DNA of 64,000 nt from Octopus vulgaris (GCA_951406725.2 OX597839.1:10912001-10976000); one strand, 5' to 3'. Counted from the first letter of the stretch, positions 31,862-44,904 are shown. Made by a program: numbers and translations. Notes: a model not told the origin generated them from the letters alone.

Positions 31862-32490
31862 TAGGTGCAGGAGTGGCTGTGTGGTAAGTAGCTTGTTTAC
31901 CAACTACATGGTTCCGGGTTCAGTCCCACTGCGTGGCACCTTGGGCAAGTGTCTTCTACTATAGCCTCGGGCCGACCAAAGCTTTGTGAGTGGATTTGGT
32001 AGACAGAAACTGAAAGAAGCCCATCGTATATATATATATATATATATAATATATATATATATATATAACGGGAAGCTTTATGAAATTAAACAAAAGACGA
32101 AGGCAGGTGGAATATAAACAAACAATTGTATTAGTATGGCGCTCAGGAATATAAATAAAACAAGTCTTTTAAGTTTTGAGCCTACGCTCTTCAACAGAAA
32201 GATACACAGAAAAGAAACATGGAAAGAAACAAGGAGAGAAAAAAAATGCGTGCAGAAGCTAGCGAATCAACATGTGTGTGTGTGTGTATGTTTGTCCCCC
32301 CAACATCGCTTGACAACCGATGCTGGAGTGTTTATGTCCCTGTCACTTAGCAGTTCGGCAAAAAGAGACCGATAGAATAAGTACTGGGCTTACAAAGGAT
32401 AAGTCCCGGGGTCGAGTTGCTCGATTAAAGGCAGTGCTCCAGCATGGGCGCAGTCAAAATGACTGAAACAAGTAAAAAAAGAAAAGAAAA
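31862..32490 (+). mobile_element. SINE family A with a PLE-like fragment (32068-32270) nested in its TA tract
   Basis: 5' half 31862-32030 and 3' half 32272-32490 separated by an unrelated insert carrying a hammerhead remnant. Confidence 0.8.
32165..32202 (-). ncRNA. Degenerate minimal hammerhead (PLE type)
   Basis: UCUUU-CUGuUGA-A-GAGC(GUAG)GCUC-aAAA-CU-UA-AAAGA; stems I and II pair, core has two substitutions. Confidence 0.5.
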
Positions 32491-32579
32491 AAAAGATATA
32501 AATATATGTAGTGCATGTGTTTATTTGACAAAAATATATTTTAAAAAATGTCCATCCTGAATTATAACAATATATAAGA

Positions 32580-32958
32580 GCACTCCGTCGGTTACGACGA
32601 TGAGGGTCCCAGCTGATACGATCAACGGAACAGCTTACTCGTGGAATTAACGTGCAAGTGGCTGAGCACTCCACAGACACATGTACCCTTAACATAGTTC
32701 TCGAGGAGATTCAGCGTGACACAGAGTGTGACAAGGCTGGCCCTTTGAAATACAGGTACAACAGAAACAGGAAGAAAGAGTGAGAGAAAGTTGTGGTGAA
32801 AGAGTACAGCAGGGTTCATCACCACCCCCTGCAGGAGCCTTGTGAAGCTTTAGGTGTTTTCGCTCAATAAACACTCACAATGCCCGGTCTGGGAATCGAA
32901 ACCGCGATCCTACAACCACGAGTCCGCTGTCCTAACCACTGGGCCATTGCGCCTCCAC
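32580..32958 (-). mobile_element. tRNA-derived SINE, family C1
   Basis: Head TGGCCCAGTGGTTAG...GGTTTCGATTCCC; shares centre with C2 but has a different tail; 12-bp TSD TATAACAATATA (32563-32574 / 32959-32970). Confidence 0.9.
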
Positions 32959-33442
32959 TATAACAATATAATGCCAATATTTCTACTGTTCTAAAATTTT
33001 ACTCTCTTTCAAAGATACCTTTCACCATTCTCCATTTACATCTTCATGTTCTTTTCATCAATAATATTAGGAAATACTGTGTCAAACAGGATAAAGTGTA
33101 GGTGGTTGTTCTTGAGACACATTTTCTAGATATAAAAGCTCTAAATAGCTGTAAATTAGCATACATAGACGATGATTTAAAACATTTTGTACATTTCCTT
33201 GTTTGTTTGATAATAAAAATTTGATGTCTTGATCTGAAATTCTTCGATACGATATTACGTGACATCTATTAGACTCAGTCACTCCTTGTATACAATGAAA
33301 CTAATTTTACAATTAATGTTCACTTGAAAAACTCTTTATATCGCTCTAAAACATTGACAAGCATGTGTGTGTGTGAGTATATATTATGTATGTATATATG
33401 TATATATATATATATATTTATATGTATATATATATTTATATG

Positions 33443-33583
<141 letters not shown>

Positions 33584-33659
33584 ATATACATATATATCTA
33601 TATATATAGAGAGAGAGAGAAATACATATATACATATACCTATAGACACACACTCACAC

Positions 33660-33700
<41 letters not shown>

Positions 33701-34764
33701 CTGTATATTCACTTTCATACGTGAATAAATATTTATATCAGTGTGTGTATATATGTCTATATAGATTACATACAACTAGCTAAACAGACATACACATAAT
33801 ACATATACATTATCACACACAGAGATATATGGAATATATATAGTACATATGTAGTTATGTGTGTGTGTGGCTCTGTGGTAAGTAGCTTGCTTTCAATCTA
33901 TCTATCTATCTATGCATGTATGCGTGTATGCATGCGTGTGTGCATGCATACGCACATGCGTTTGTGTGGCCTTGCTATTTGGTGAAGGAGCATGGCCCAA
34001 TGGTTAATAACGATCAGATTAAGATCATTAGATTGCAGGTTCAATTCCTCTGGTTTAAGAAATACTGGGCTTTACAATTGCTATAACAGATGCTGTTATT
34101 GTGGTGGTGGGGTGGTGGTGGTGGCGGTGGTGGCGGTGGTTGTGGTGGTGATGGTGTCGGTGGTCGTGGTGGTGGTGGTGGTGGTGGTGGTGGTGGTGGC
34201 GGTGGTGGTGGTGGTGGTGATGGTGGTGGTGGTGGTGGTGGTGGTGGCGGTGGTGGTGATCCTGGTTGTGGAATTGTTAAGGATGTTGTGAAGGTGTGGT
34301 TACTGCATTTGTTGTTGCTATGGTAGTACTTGTTGTTGTTGTCGTAGTTTCTTTCAAGTGTTTTCAAGTTGTTGTTGCTACTGTTGAGTGAAAGTGGCGG
34401 GGGTAAAATGTCACTCAAATGTTAGTGCATGTGTATAGATTTAAATATATGCACTCAGTTATACGAACACATGTTTATGTGAACATATTTACTTTATCTC
34501 TTGAGCAAGGTACTTTGCTCTACACTTTTAATCTCCTCGGCAGATAGAAAGTGTTTGATCTTGGGTGTGTATGTATATGTAAATAATTGTAAGTACATGT
34601 AGAAAACATCAATACATATAAAGACACACATACACACACAAACACACACACACATATATACATACCTACATCTATATATATGTTTGAGTGTTGTATAGGA
34701 AAACCCAATATATATCACTAATTCCTTTAAATCTTCAACATGTAACTGAGTTTGTTAATCTTAT

Positions 34765-35943
34765 ATCTCTTTATTGCCCACAAGGGGCAAAACATAGAGT
34801 GGACAAACAAGGACAGACAAAGGGATTAAATTGATTACATTAACCCCAGTGCATACCTGGTACTTAATTTATCGACCCCAAAACCGAAAGGATGAAAGGC
34901 AAAGTTGACCTCGGCGAAATTTGAACTCAGAACATAGCGGCAGATGAAATACCTATTTCTTTACTACCCACAAGGGGCTAAATACAGAAGGGACAAACAA
35001 GGACAGACAAACGGATTAAGTCGATTACATGGTTTTGAGGAGTGTGGAACCACATCTTATTTCTTTACTGCCCACAAGGGGCTACACACAGAGGGGACAA
35101 ACAAGAACAGACAAACGAATTAAGTCAATTATATCGACCCTGGTGCGTAACTGGTACTTATTTAATCAACCCTGAAAGGATGAAAAGCAAAGTTAACCTC
35201 AGCGAAATTTGAACTCAGAACACAGCAGCAGATAAAATACCTATTTCTTTACTACCCACAAGGGGCTAAACTCAGAGGGGACAAACAAGGACAGACAAAC
35301 GGATTAAGTCGATTACATGGTAAAAAGCATAATTTGAGCGTGGCTGTTGCCAGTACTGCCTGACTGGCCCTCGTGCCGGTGACACGTAAAAGCACCCACT
35401 ACACTCTTGGAGTGGTTGGCATTAGGAAGGGCATCCAGCTGTAGAAACTCTGCCAGATCAGATTGGAGCCTGCTCCAGTTATCTGGTTCGCCAGTCCTCA
35501 GTCAAATCGTCCAACCCATGCTAGCATGGAAAGCGGACATTAAACGATGATGATGATAATGAGTTCAAATTCATCTTTTTGGAATCAATAAAATAGGTCC
35601 TAATCAAGCACTGGAATCGATGAAATCGAGTTGCTCTCTTCCTTCAAAATTGCAGCCCTTGTGCCAAAATTTCAAACGAGTGTTATTAGTATTGCTCTGA
35701 CCTTGAGCCTAAATCATCCTCATCATCATCATTATCATCATTATCATTATTATTAATGTGGCAAAATGGCAGAATCATTAGCATGCCATGTGAAATGTTT
35801 AGCGCCATTTCATCTGTCTTAATGTTCAGAGTTCAAATTCTGTTAAGGTCAACTTTGCCTTCCATCCTTTTGGTACCAAAAATAAGTACCAGTAGAACAC
35901 TGGGGTCCTCCGAAGTTGCTGGCTGTGTCCCAAAATTTGAAAC

Positions 35944-35994
<51 letters not shown>

Positions 35995-36226
35995 GGTGGC
36001 AAGCTGGCAGAAACGTTAGCACACCGGGCGAAATACTTTCTGGTATTTCGTCTGCCGCTGCGTTCTGAGTTCAAATTCCACCTAGGTCGACTTTGTCTTT
36101 CATCCTTTCAGGGTCGATAAATAAAGTACCAGTTTCGCACTGGGGTTGATGTAATCGTCTTAATCTGTGTGTCTGTCCTTGTTTGTCCCGTCTATGTTTT
36201 AGCCCCTTGTGGGTAATAAAAAAAAA

Positions 36227-36265
<39 letters not shown>

Positions 36266-36903
36266 GGTATTAATATTTATTGCTCGCTCTGTAATTCATT
36301 CAACAACTGTTTCTGATGCTACCCCAACATCCTCATCTCACTTTCCTTCCTCCTACCCAACCCACCACCACCGCCACCACCACCACCGCCACACTCCACA
36401 TCCCAACACACCCTGTCCTACGAATTTTCATTCATTGTCACTAAACATTCAATTGATAATTACATTGCAATGATAACACTAATTATTGATTTTGCTTTTA
36501 ATTAATGACTACATTGTTAAGTAACGATTTCACACCATACATTGCAGATTTATCATTTCTGTAGCACAAATTAGAAATACATATCGGAAAATGTGTAACA
36601 ATTGATTTTTTCCATTTTATTTATTGAGATTTTTATTGCAGTTATTGTTGCTTTTTGCTAAAAAAATTTTATACTTCCTGAATGTATTTTTTTAATAATT
36701 CTCAATTTAATAATAATAATAACAACAACAACAACAACAACAACAGCAATTATAATAATAATAATAATAACAATAATAATAACAACAACAACAACAATAA
36801 TAATAACAATAATAAAAACAATAATAATAATAATAATAATAATAACAATAACAATAACAATAATAATAACAATAATAACAACAATAATAACAACAACAAC
36901 AAC

Positions 36904-36945
<42 letters not shown>

Positions 36946-37590
36946 TATTATTATTATTATTAGTTAAAATTTCACTGTGATCAGCTTTTGTCTTTCATCC
37001 TTCTGGTGGTGGTGGGGTCAATAAAATAAGTACCAGTTGAATACTGGGGTTGATATAATTGACTTACCTCCTCCCCGGAACTTGCTGGCCTTGTGCCAAA
37101 ATTTGAAACCATTATTATTATCATCATTATCATTACTATTAGTATTATCAAGGCTGCGAGCTGGCAGTATTGTTAGCATGCTGGGCAAAATACTTAGCAG
37201 CATTATGTCCATCTTCATGCTCTAAGTTCAAATTCTGCCAAGGTCAACTTTGTCTTTCACCTTTCCAGGGTCGGTAAATTAAGTACTAGTGAAACACTGG
37301 GAGTCGATGTAATTGATTTGTCCTGTCCCCCAAATGGTTGCCCTTATGGCAAAATTTGAAACCATTGTTATTATTATTATTATTATTGTTACTGCCTGAT
37401 TGGCCCTTGTGCTGGTGGCACGTAAAAGCTCCCACTACACACTCCGAGTGGTTGGCATTAGGAAGGGCAACCAGCTGTAGAAACTCTGCCAGATCAGATT
37501 GGAGCCTGGTGCAGCCATCTGGTTCACCAGTCCTCAGTCAAATCGTCCAACCCATGCTAGCATGGAAAGCAGATGTTAAACGATGATGAT
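34765..37590. mobile_element. Cluster of family B and D retroposon copies interleaved with (TTA)n/(AAC)n tracts
   Basis: B copies near 34765-35320 (-), 35755-35945, 35993-36225, 36960-37365; D copies 35322-35555 and 37390-37590. Confidence 0.8.
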
Positions 37591-38218
37591 TATTATTATT
37601 ATTATAATTATTATTATCATTGTTATTATTATTATTATTACAATTATTATTATTATTGAGTGTGAGAGCGCATGCCATCAAAGTGACACTGGAGTAAAGT
37701 ATACAAAGCCCAGTATACCCATCATGACTACACGTCTGATAAGGGTACACTAGGCGCATGCATCACAACCATATGTGCGCGATATGGTGATCTTATATCA
37801 AGATAAACAGCACATGACCTTGCCGGTGGGGCCCAGTTATAATTTTCTTCTGGTCGAGTAGTCCATCCCGCTCAAAAGGTCCCTGAATAAGGGTTGGTTA
37901 AGGATGTTGAACGAAACACACATGTTTCCAGAGGTGAATTATTCAAACCCCAAAGAATCCCTCTCAACACATGGTTATGATGCTCCCCCACTACTTCTTC
38001 TCGTGATCAGAGATGCCCATATCATCAGCCACCAAGGGACATACTCAACCTGTTATGGTCAAACAACTGACAAGCAAATCTGTGGTATTGAGCAGAATAT
38101 TTGCTGTAGCCCATCTTTTATACCAAGACAAAACAATGTACATGATAACACTTCCGATCACTTAAGATCAGAAGCCATGAGAGCCACTGCCTGGTACTGC
38201 ATCAGGGCATTTATTACA

Positions 38219-38273
<55 letters not shown>

Positions 38274-38275
<2 letters not shown>

Positions 38276-38586
38276 TCTATATATATAAACGGCAAAATGT
38301 CTGTGTGCGTGTCCTTTATACAAATCCACAATTTTTCAGTTAGAGGGCTTGCACTTTCTATGGTCATTCAAAACCGTCCAAGGGTGGTCATGCACATCTT
38401 TACATTTCCCCAGTCACCCCGCAAAGCCATTAAAAAATCAATAGAAGTGACTTTATTGTTAATTTTTTATCCAAACCCAATCAAATGCCCGAAACCTGAT
38501 ACAGCTAGCTGTATGTGATTGGTCAGAGATTTGGACAGTACTCGCGTGTATGTGTGCACGCATGCAGCTGTATATGCATGCACTAG
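38274..38586 (+). mobile_element. Probable non-autonomous Helitron
   Basis: A|TCTCTATATATATAAACGGCA 5' end shared with the 38902-39285 element; possible CTAG end at 38583-38586. Confidence 0.5.
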
Positions 38587-38590
38587 CACA

Positions 38591-38652
<62 letters not shown>

Positions 38653-38901
38653 CATTATTATTAAATTATGAAGATTGATGTAACTGTCCATGAAGGTAAA
38701 TGCACTATTAGGAAAGCAATAAAATGCAAATTGACTTTGTTTACCAAACTGAAAATACTTCGACAGTATGTCTGCCTTCTTTGAATGCAGTTTATAGTGA
38801 ATCACAATTGAAGAAAATCAAAAATGGCACAATTAAAATTAACGATGAATGTCAAACTTTCATACCATATTATAGCAGTCAAAGTAAAATTTATGACTGA
38901 A

Positions 38902-39285
38902 CTAGCAGTATCGCCCGGCGTTGCTCGGGTTTGTAAGGGAAATAACTATAAAGCACTTTTAGAGAGTTATAGCCAAAAAATAGCAAAAAAATGGGGAAAA
39001 AATGATGGTAAATTTTTTTTGATAGTTAAAAAGGCCAAGTTGCGTCCCCTACAACATCTGCGGTTTGTGTTTCTGATTGTCGACCCCATGTCGAATTTAT
39101 CGATCTTTTTCAGAACTGGGGGAACTTTTCAAAATTTTCGCTGCGTTAGTTTTGAATTATGACATTGGGCTATGTGTGTGTCAAGTTTCATCAGAATCGG
39201 TTGAAAGCCGTGGTCAGAGTGAGGGTACAAGCAAACAGACACATAGAAACACGCACAGACAAACTGCCGTTTATATATAGAGAGA
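38902..39285 (-). mobile_element. Non-autonomous Helitron
   Basis: Minus strand A|TCTCTCTATATATAAACGG...CCCGAGCAACGCCGGGCGATACTGCTAG|T: TC start, subterminal GC-rich hairpin, CTAG end, AT target, no TSD. Confidence 0.85.
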
Positions 39286-39294
39286 TTTCTTTAA

Positions 39295-39891
39295 CCCTTT
39301 AGCATTTAAACCAGCCATATCCAGCCAAAATATTCTCCCCTGTTTTATATTCAAATTGGCCAGATCTGGCCTCTCAAACCAGCCCTACTGCATAATTCCA
39401 AAAATGAATATTTACTTCATCAAAATCCCAAAGCTACAAGATAATGCAGGATTAATTAAAAACTATGTGAATAAATAAGCTTTATCAAAATTGAAATCGA
39501 TCAACATAAATGGAAATTGTAGCTGTGATACCAGTGCCGGTGGCACGTAAGAGAACCATCCGAATGTGGCCGTTGCCAGCGCCGCCCCGACTGGTCTCCG
39601 TGCCGGTGGCACATAAAAAGCACCATCTGATTGTGGCCATTGCCAGCCTCGTCTGGCACCTGTGCAGGTGGCACATAAAAAGCACCCACTACATTCACGG
39701 AGTGGTTGGTTTTAGGAAGGGGCATCTAGCTGTAGAAACACTGCCAGATCAGACTGGGCCTGGTGCAGCCTTCTGGCTTCCCAGACCCCAGTTGAACCGT
39801 CCAACCCATGCTAGCATGGAAAACGGACGTTAAACGATGATGATGATGATGATGATGATACTTTTGATAGAATAATGCAAATACTAAAGGG
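39295..39891. mobile_element. piggyBac-type MITE interrupted by a family D retroposon (39485-39859, +)
   Basis: TTAA|CCCTTTAG...CTAAAGGG|TTAA; uninterrupted relative at 60187-60407. Confidence 0.85.
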
Positions 39892-40189
39892 TTAATGATT
39901 AATTGGCGCCAAAATTTCACAGGTATTTCAAAAGTAGTGAATGACAATTGTCAATATATTTCACAAAGATATCCCTGTTTCAAAGAACTGTTTCCTCATG
40001 CACTTAGTGTAACCTTTAAACGTAACTAAAATATAAGACAACTACTAACCAATACCTCTAATTATAATCAAAACTCCATTGGGGTTATTGAAAGCTGTAC
40101 CCTAAAAACAGTTGCAAGAGCTTTAGGTCCTGTTCTTTGTGCAACAGCATGTTTCAGATCAAATCTATTATAAATTCTAACGGGATGTT

Positions 40190-40820
40190 AGGAGTGGCTG
40201 TGTGGTATGTAGCTTGCTTTCCAACCACATGGTTCCGGGTTCAGTCCCACTGCATGGCACCTTGGGCAAGTGTCTTCTACTATAGCCTCGGGCTGACCAA
40301 AGCCTTGTGAGTGAATTTAGTAGACGGAAACTGAAAGAAGCCTGTTGTATATATGTATGTATATATATATATGTATGTATGTGTGTGTGTGTATATTTGT
40401 TTGTGTGTCTGTTTGTCCCCTCAACATCGCTTGACAACCGATGCTGGTGTACTTATGTCCCCGTAACTTAGTGGTTCGGCAAAAGAGACCGATAGAGCTG
40501 GCAGAAACGTTAGCACGCCGGGCAAAATGCTTAGCAGCATTTCGTTTGCCGCTACGTTCTGAGTTCAAATTCCGCCGAGGTCGACTTTGCCTTTCATCCT
40601 TTCAGGGTCAATTAAATAATGCACTGGGATCGATATAATCGACTTGGTCCATTTGTTTGTCCTCTCTGTGTTTGGCCCCTTGTGGGTAGTAAAGAAATAG
40701 AAAAGAGACCGATAGAGTAAGTACTAGGCTTACAAAGATTAAGTCCTGGTGTCGATCTGCTCGACTAAAAGCAGTGCTCCAGCCTGGCCACAGTCAAATG
40801 ACTGAAACAAGTAAAAAGAG
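40190..40820 (+). mobile_element. SINE family A with nested family B copy (40498-40700)
   Basis: 17-bp TSD AAAAGAGACCGATAGAG at 40481-40497 and 40701-40717. Confidence 0.9.
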
Positions 40821-41326
40821 TATTTATACGGGTGGAACTTGTAGCGGTTTCCATTTGGTGTACAGAGCTGAATACACCAAACACAACTTATGTGCAGCAG
40901 AAAAATTAAACAAAAGCTTTTTGCGGGCATGGGTTTGATGTCAGGCCCAATAACACTAGTTTGAGAAAAATTACCAAGCATTTTACATGAAACAACAGTA
41001 AAATTAAGGAACACACAAAAGTACACATTTTCAGAAAATTTTCTGACTCCACTGCACTCTCTGTCCTCAAAACACATGAAAATAAATAGCTTTGTGAGTT
41101 ACAAGTCTAACACCCTGGTGGGATGAACAAAATGACAGAATTCCATCAGACTTATACAAAATGATTTGACTGAGTTCGTTTTCCATTTTCCCATTTGTTA
41201 TCTTGAACTTGAAGAAGACAGATATTTTATCAAAATACTGTTCAGTTCAATAAACAAAATCAATCTGTTTTATTCTAGGTCACATCAAGCTCATCTAATT
41301 GTGTGTCATTATTATTATTATTATTA

Positions 41327-41660
41327 TTTCTTCTTTCTTCAAATTTTCTTCTGTTTCTCGCCAAGTGTTTTCCGTACACCTAGGGCAGAGAAGCTCATTG
41401 TATGCATTTCCAGATTACACATGCAAATTTACAGCTAAAATATGTATTTAAAAAAAAATGAATGAATAAATAAATTCATGAATGGATGTTGTTTTCACAA
41501 CAATAATGTTCTTCTCAGTACATGAGACGTTCCAGTTAATACAATTTTTTGCACTTTCCATAGGGATGGTAAGCCTGGAATCATTTCCAAATAGGTTTCA
41601 GTACCTTTTTTTTATTATTCCTAGAGATCCTCCAATCATTGGTACTGTAGTCGCCTTGAC
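41327..41660 (-). mobile_element. 3' fragment of an R4/Dong-like RLE retrotransposon in a (TAA)n tract
   Basis: KATTVPMIGGSLGIIKK/GTETYLEMIPGLPSLWKVQKIVLTGTSHVLRRTLLL* (one frameshift in an A run); flanked by TAA repeats, the known Dong target. Confidence 0.8.
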
Positions 41661-41754
<94 letters not shown>

Positions 41755-42115
41755 TGATTCTGGTTGATTCTGTGAGAGCAGACAGCAACATGTTGTCAGA
41801 GGTCTCACAGGGTCTCTTTCTGCAAATTATAAGCGTTGGTACTTGAATCTTAACTTACCATGGAATTCACTCAACTATTATTATTGTTGTTAAGGTGGTG
41901 AGCTGGCAGAACTGTTGCATACCAGGCAAAATGTTTAGTAGTATTTCGTCCATCTTTACACTCTGAGTTCAAATTCCACTGAGGTCGACTTTGCATTTCA
42001 TCCTTTCAGGGTTGAGGAAATGAGTACCAGTTGAACACTGGGGTCAATGTAATCAACTGCCACCTTCACTAAAATCGCTAGCCTTGTGCCAGAATTTGAA
42101 ACCATTATTGTTATT

Positions 42116-42169
<54 letters not shown>

Positions 42170-42185
42170 ATTATTGTTATTGTTG

Positions 42186-42221
<36 letters not shown>

Positions 42222-42319
42222 TCTCTGTTGCTCTGCCTCAATGGCCGGAATTACAAGTTTCAGTATTGGAGTCATTTATCATAACCCTGGGCCTTCTCCT
42301 CCCAGGTGTACGGAGAGAT

Positions 42320-42990
42320 GCTAGAGCTCTTCATATGTCTCATCAGCACATCCTTGTATTGCAGCCTTTGGCTACCGTGGCTCTTCCTGTCCTATCACAG
42401 TTCAGAAGAAAAACAACTGCCTTTGAGAGCCAGCTGCCCTCCATCCTGCAAATACATCCTGCTCAGTGTAGCTGTGATGAGGTAACGATAGCCTCTACAC
42501 CAACCATGCCAATGTGGTGCATGACCTCTGAGTCAGGGATGTGACCCTACCATCTGATATGCAAGATGGAGTGCAGATGACAGATGACAAAGTTGGACTC
42601 GCATCAGTGCCTTGCCTCGGTGTGTCTATGATAGAGGGCCATGCATTCTGTGACATAGAGGAGGTGAGGAAGCTCTGTGATCCCCTACACCTTTATCTTT
42701 GTGTTGCAGGCAACATCATGGCAGATCCATAGATGCTTCTTAAGAGAGTCAAAAGCCTTTGTGGCAGACTGACTCTACCATCTGATATGCAAGATGGAGT
42801 GCAGATGACAAAGTTGGACTCGCATCAGGGCCTTGCCTCGATGTGTCTATGATAGAGGGCCATGCATTCTGTGACATAGAGGAGGTGAGGAAGCTCTGTG
42901 ACCCTACACCTTTATCTTTGTGTTGCAGGCAACATCATAGCAGATCCATAGATGCTTCTTAAAAGAGTCAAAAGCCTTTGTGGCTGACTG
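42320..42990 (-). pseudogene. Decayed RTE-clade LINE fragment containing a ~220-bp tandem duplication
   Basis: TKIKV*...LLYVTEC..LY.RH...HLHSILHIRW*GHIPDSEV...QLH*AGCICRMEGSWLSKA...RSHGSQRLQYKDVL. Confidence 0.75.
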
Positions 42991-43715
42991 TATTCACCTC
43001 TCGACTTTGAGACCAGAAGAGTCAGTACAAGTTGAATGGATAGATGATGATTTAGAACAGAGATACAACAAGAATATTGAACAAAAAACTTTACAAAATC
43101 AACAAAGTATGAGAAACACTCCTGAAAGAATCAGAAACAGGAAATCTTATTACAGGATATAGGTTTAAAAATTTCAACTTTTATCAGAGAGATTTAATAT
43201 GACACATTGAGAGGAGTATCAAGTGCATGTTAAATGTTCCTTCATGGCTGTCAAGAGTCATCACTCTTCTCATCCCGCAAATAGCCAAACCACCACAGCT
43301 GAAAATTACCACCCAATAGTCAGCCAAAACATTCATGTGTACCATGTAGACAAGCTGCCTCATCCTGTTTCCTCTATAGGACTGTGGTACAACTAAGGAT
43401 ACTGTAACTCCTAAACAAGCTGGCTAAACTTGGGTTTGTGGGGGAGAGAATGCAACTCCTTAATTCAAATGTGACAAATGATCAGGATATCAGCGACAAT
43501 AAAAACCCTTTTTAAAATTTAAAGGAGGATGAACAAAACAAGCTGCTTTCCTTCACAACTTTGCTACCGAGCAGATGGCTGGTTAAAATTAATTCAAAAT
43601 TAAAAAGAGAATACACACATATACACACACATGTGCACACACACACACACACATACACACACACACAAACACACACACACACATGCATATATCTCAGTGT
43701 GTTTTATTATAACAC

Positions 43716-43892
43716 AATACTACCAAATTTGAGTCTGTTCAAATTTGTCACTTATTCTCTAAACTGTTAATGTTGACGGAGCTGGTCTTTGAAATTCTTC
43801 AATCCATTTCTGTCTAACCATTTCTGCATTTTCCATTTTCCAATACTGTTTGATGATCCTTTTCGTTCACTGTTGGTCAAATTTCCAGCCAT
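43716..43892 (-). pseudogene. N-terminal fragment of a Tc1/mariner (DD41D-like) transposase
   Basis: MAGNLTNSERK/IIKQYWKMENAEMVRQKWIEEFQRPAPSTLTV*RISDKFEQT aligns by eye with the N-terminus at 55831. Confidence 0.7.
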
Positions 43893-43940
43893 GTGATAAA
43901 TATCTGCAATTAGGAACAGTTATTTTATTATAGAAATAAT

Positions 43941-44103
43941 TAGGCATAGGAGTGGCTGTGTGGTAAGTAGCTTGCTTACCAACCACATGGTTCCAGGTTC
44001 AGTCCCACTGCGTAGCACCTTGGGCAAGTGTCTTCTACTATAGCCTAGGGCCGACCAAAGCCTTGTGAGTGGATTTGATAGACGGAAACTGAAAGAAGCC
44101 TAT

Positions 44104-44138
<35 letters not shown>

Positions 44139-44300
44139 GTATATGCTGGTGTGTTTACGTCCCCGTAACATAGCGGTTTGGCAAAAGAGAATAAGTACTA
44201 GGCTTACAAAGAATAAGTTCTGGGGTCGATTTGCTCGACTAAAGGCGGTGCTCCAGCATGGCCACAGTCAAACGACTGAAACAAGTAAAAGAGTAAAAGA
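43941..44300 (+). mobile_element. SINE family A
   Basis: Colinear match with internal deletions. Confidence 0.85.
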
Positions 44301-44904
44301 AAGAGTTATTAAAAAGTTAATGCTGTAAGATGAAGAAGAAGAAGAAGACACGTGATTTCACTATTTCACTATTCCTCAGACAGACAATCAATTTTTAAGA
44401 CCTTCTTATACGTAGTGAATTTCGGTGGTAACTCTAAAGCATGCATTTCATCCATATCTAGCTATACTGTGCCATACATTCCACAGGTGTAATTCTTGCT
44501 GTTGTCTTCTTCTTCTTCCAATCAGGACTCACGCCATTAACCACAAAGAATAATCTCTAATTCACACCTACTCTAAGCTACTAAGAATGTGTGTGGCAAC
44601 TTGAAGATCCACCCACCACATGTAAGACACAACATAATATCCAACATTTTTTGACGTGATATCTGAGCTCTGCAAATTTTGGGAGATTTTTTTCTTTTAA
44701 TTTTTCTATCTCAACTTTTAAGATAGATAACAGTTGCATGGGTGCGAAAGCTATGTTGTTATCCTCATTCTGTAAATGGTGGCTTTTTAACAGGTGGAGA
44801 GCTGAACCATCCTGGGGTACAGAGGATTCGCAATCTACACTAGGGACTGAAAGTTTACCACACCATAGTGGGTTACACCATGGTTCCTCTGCTTTGTGAC
44901 AGAA

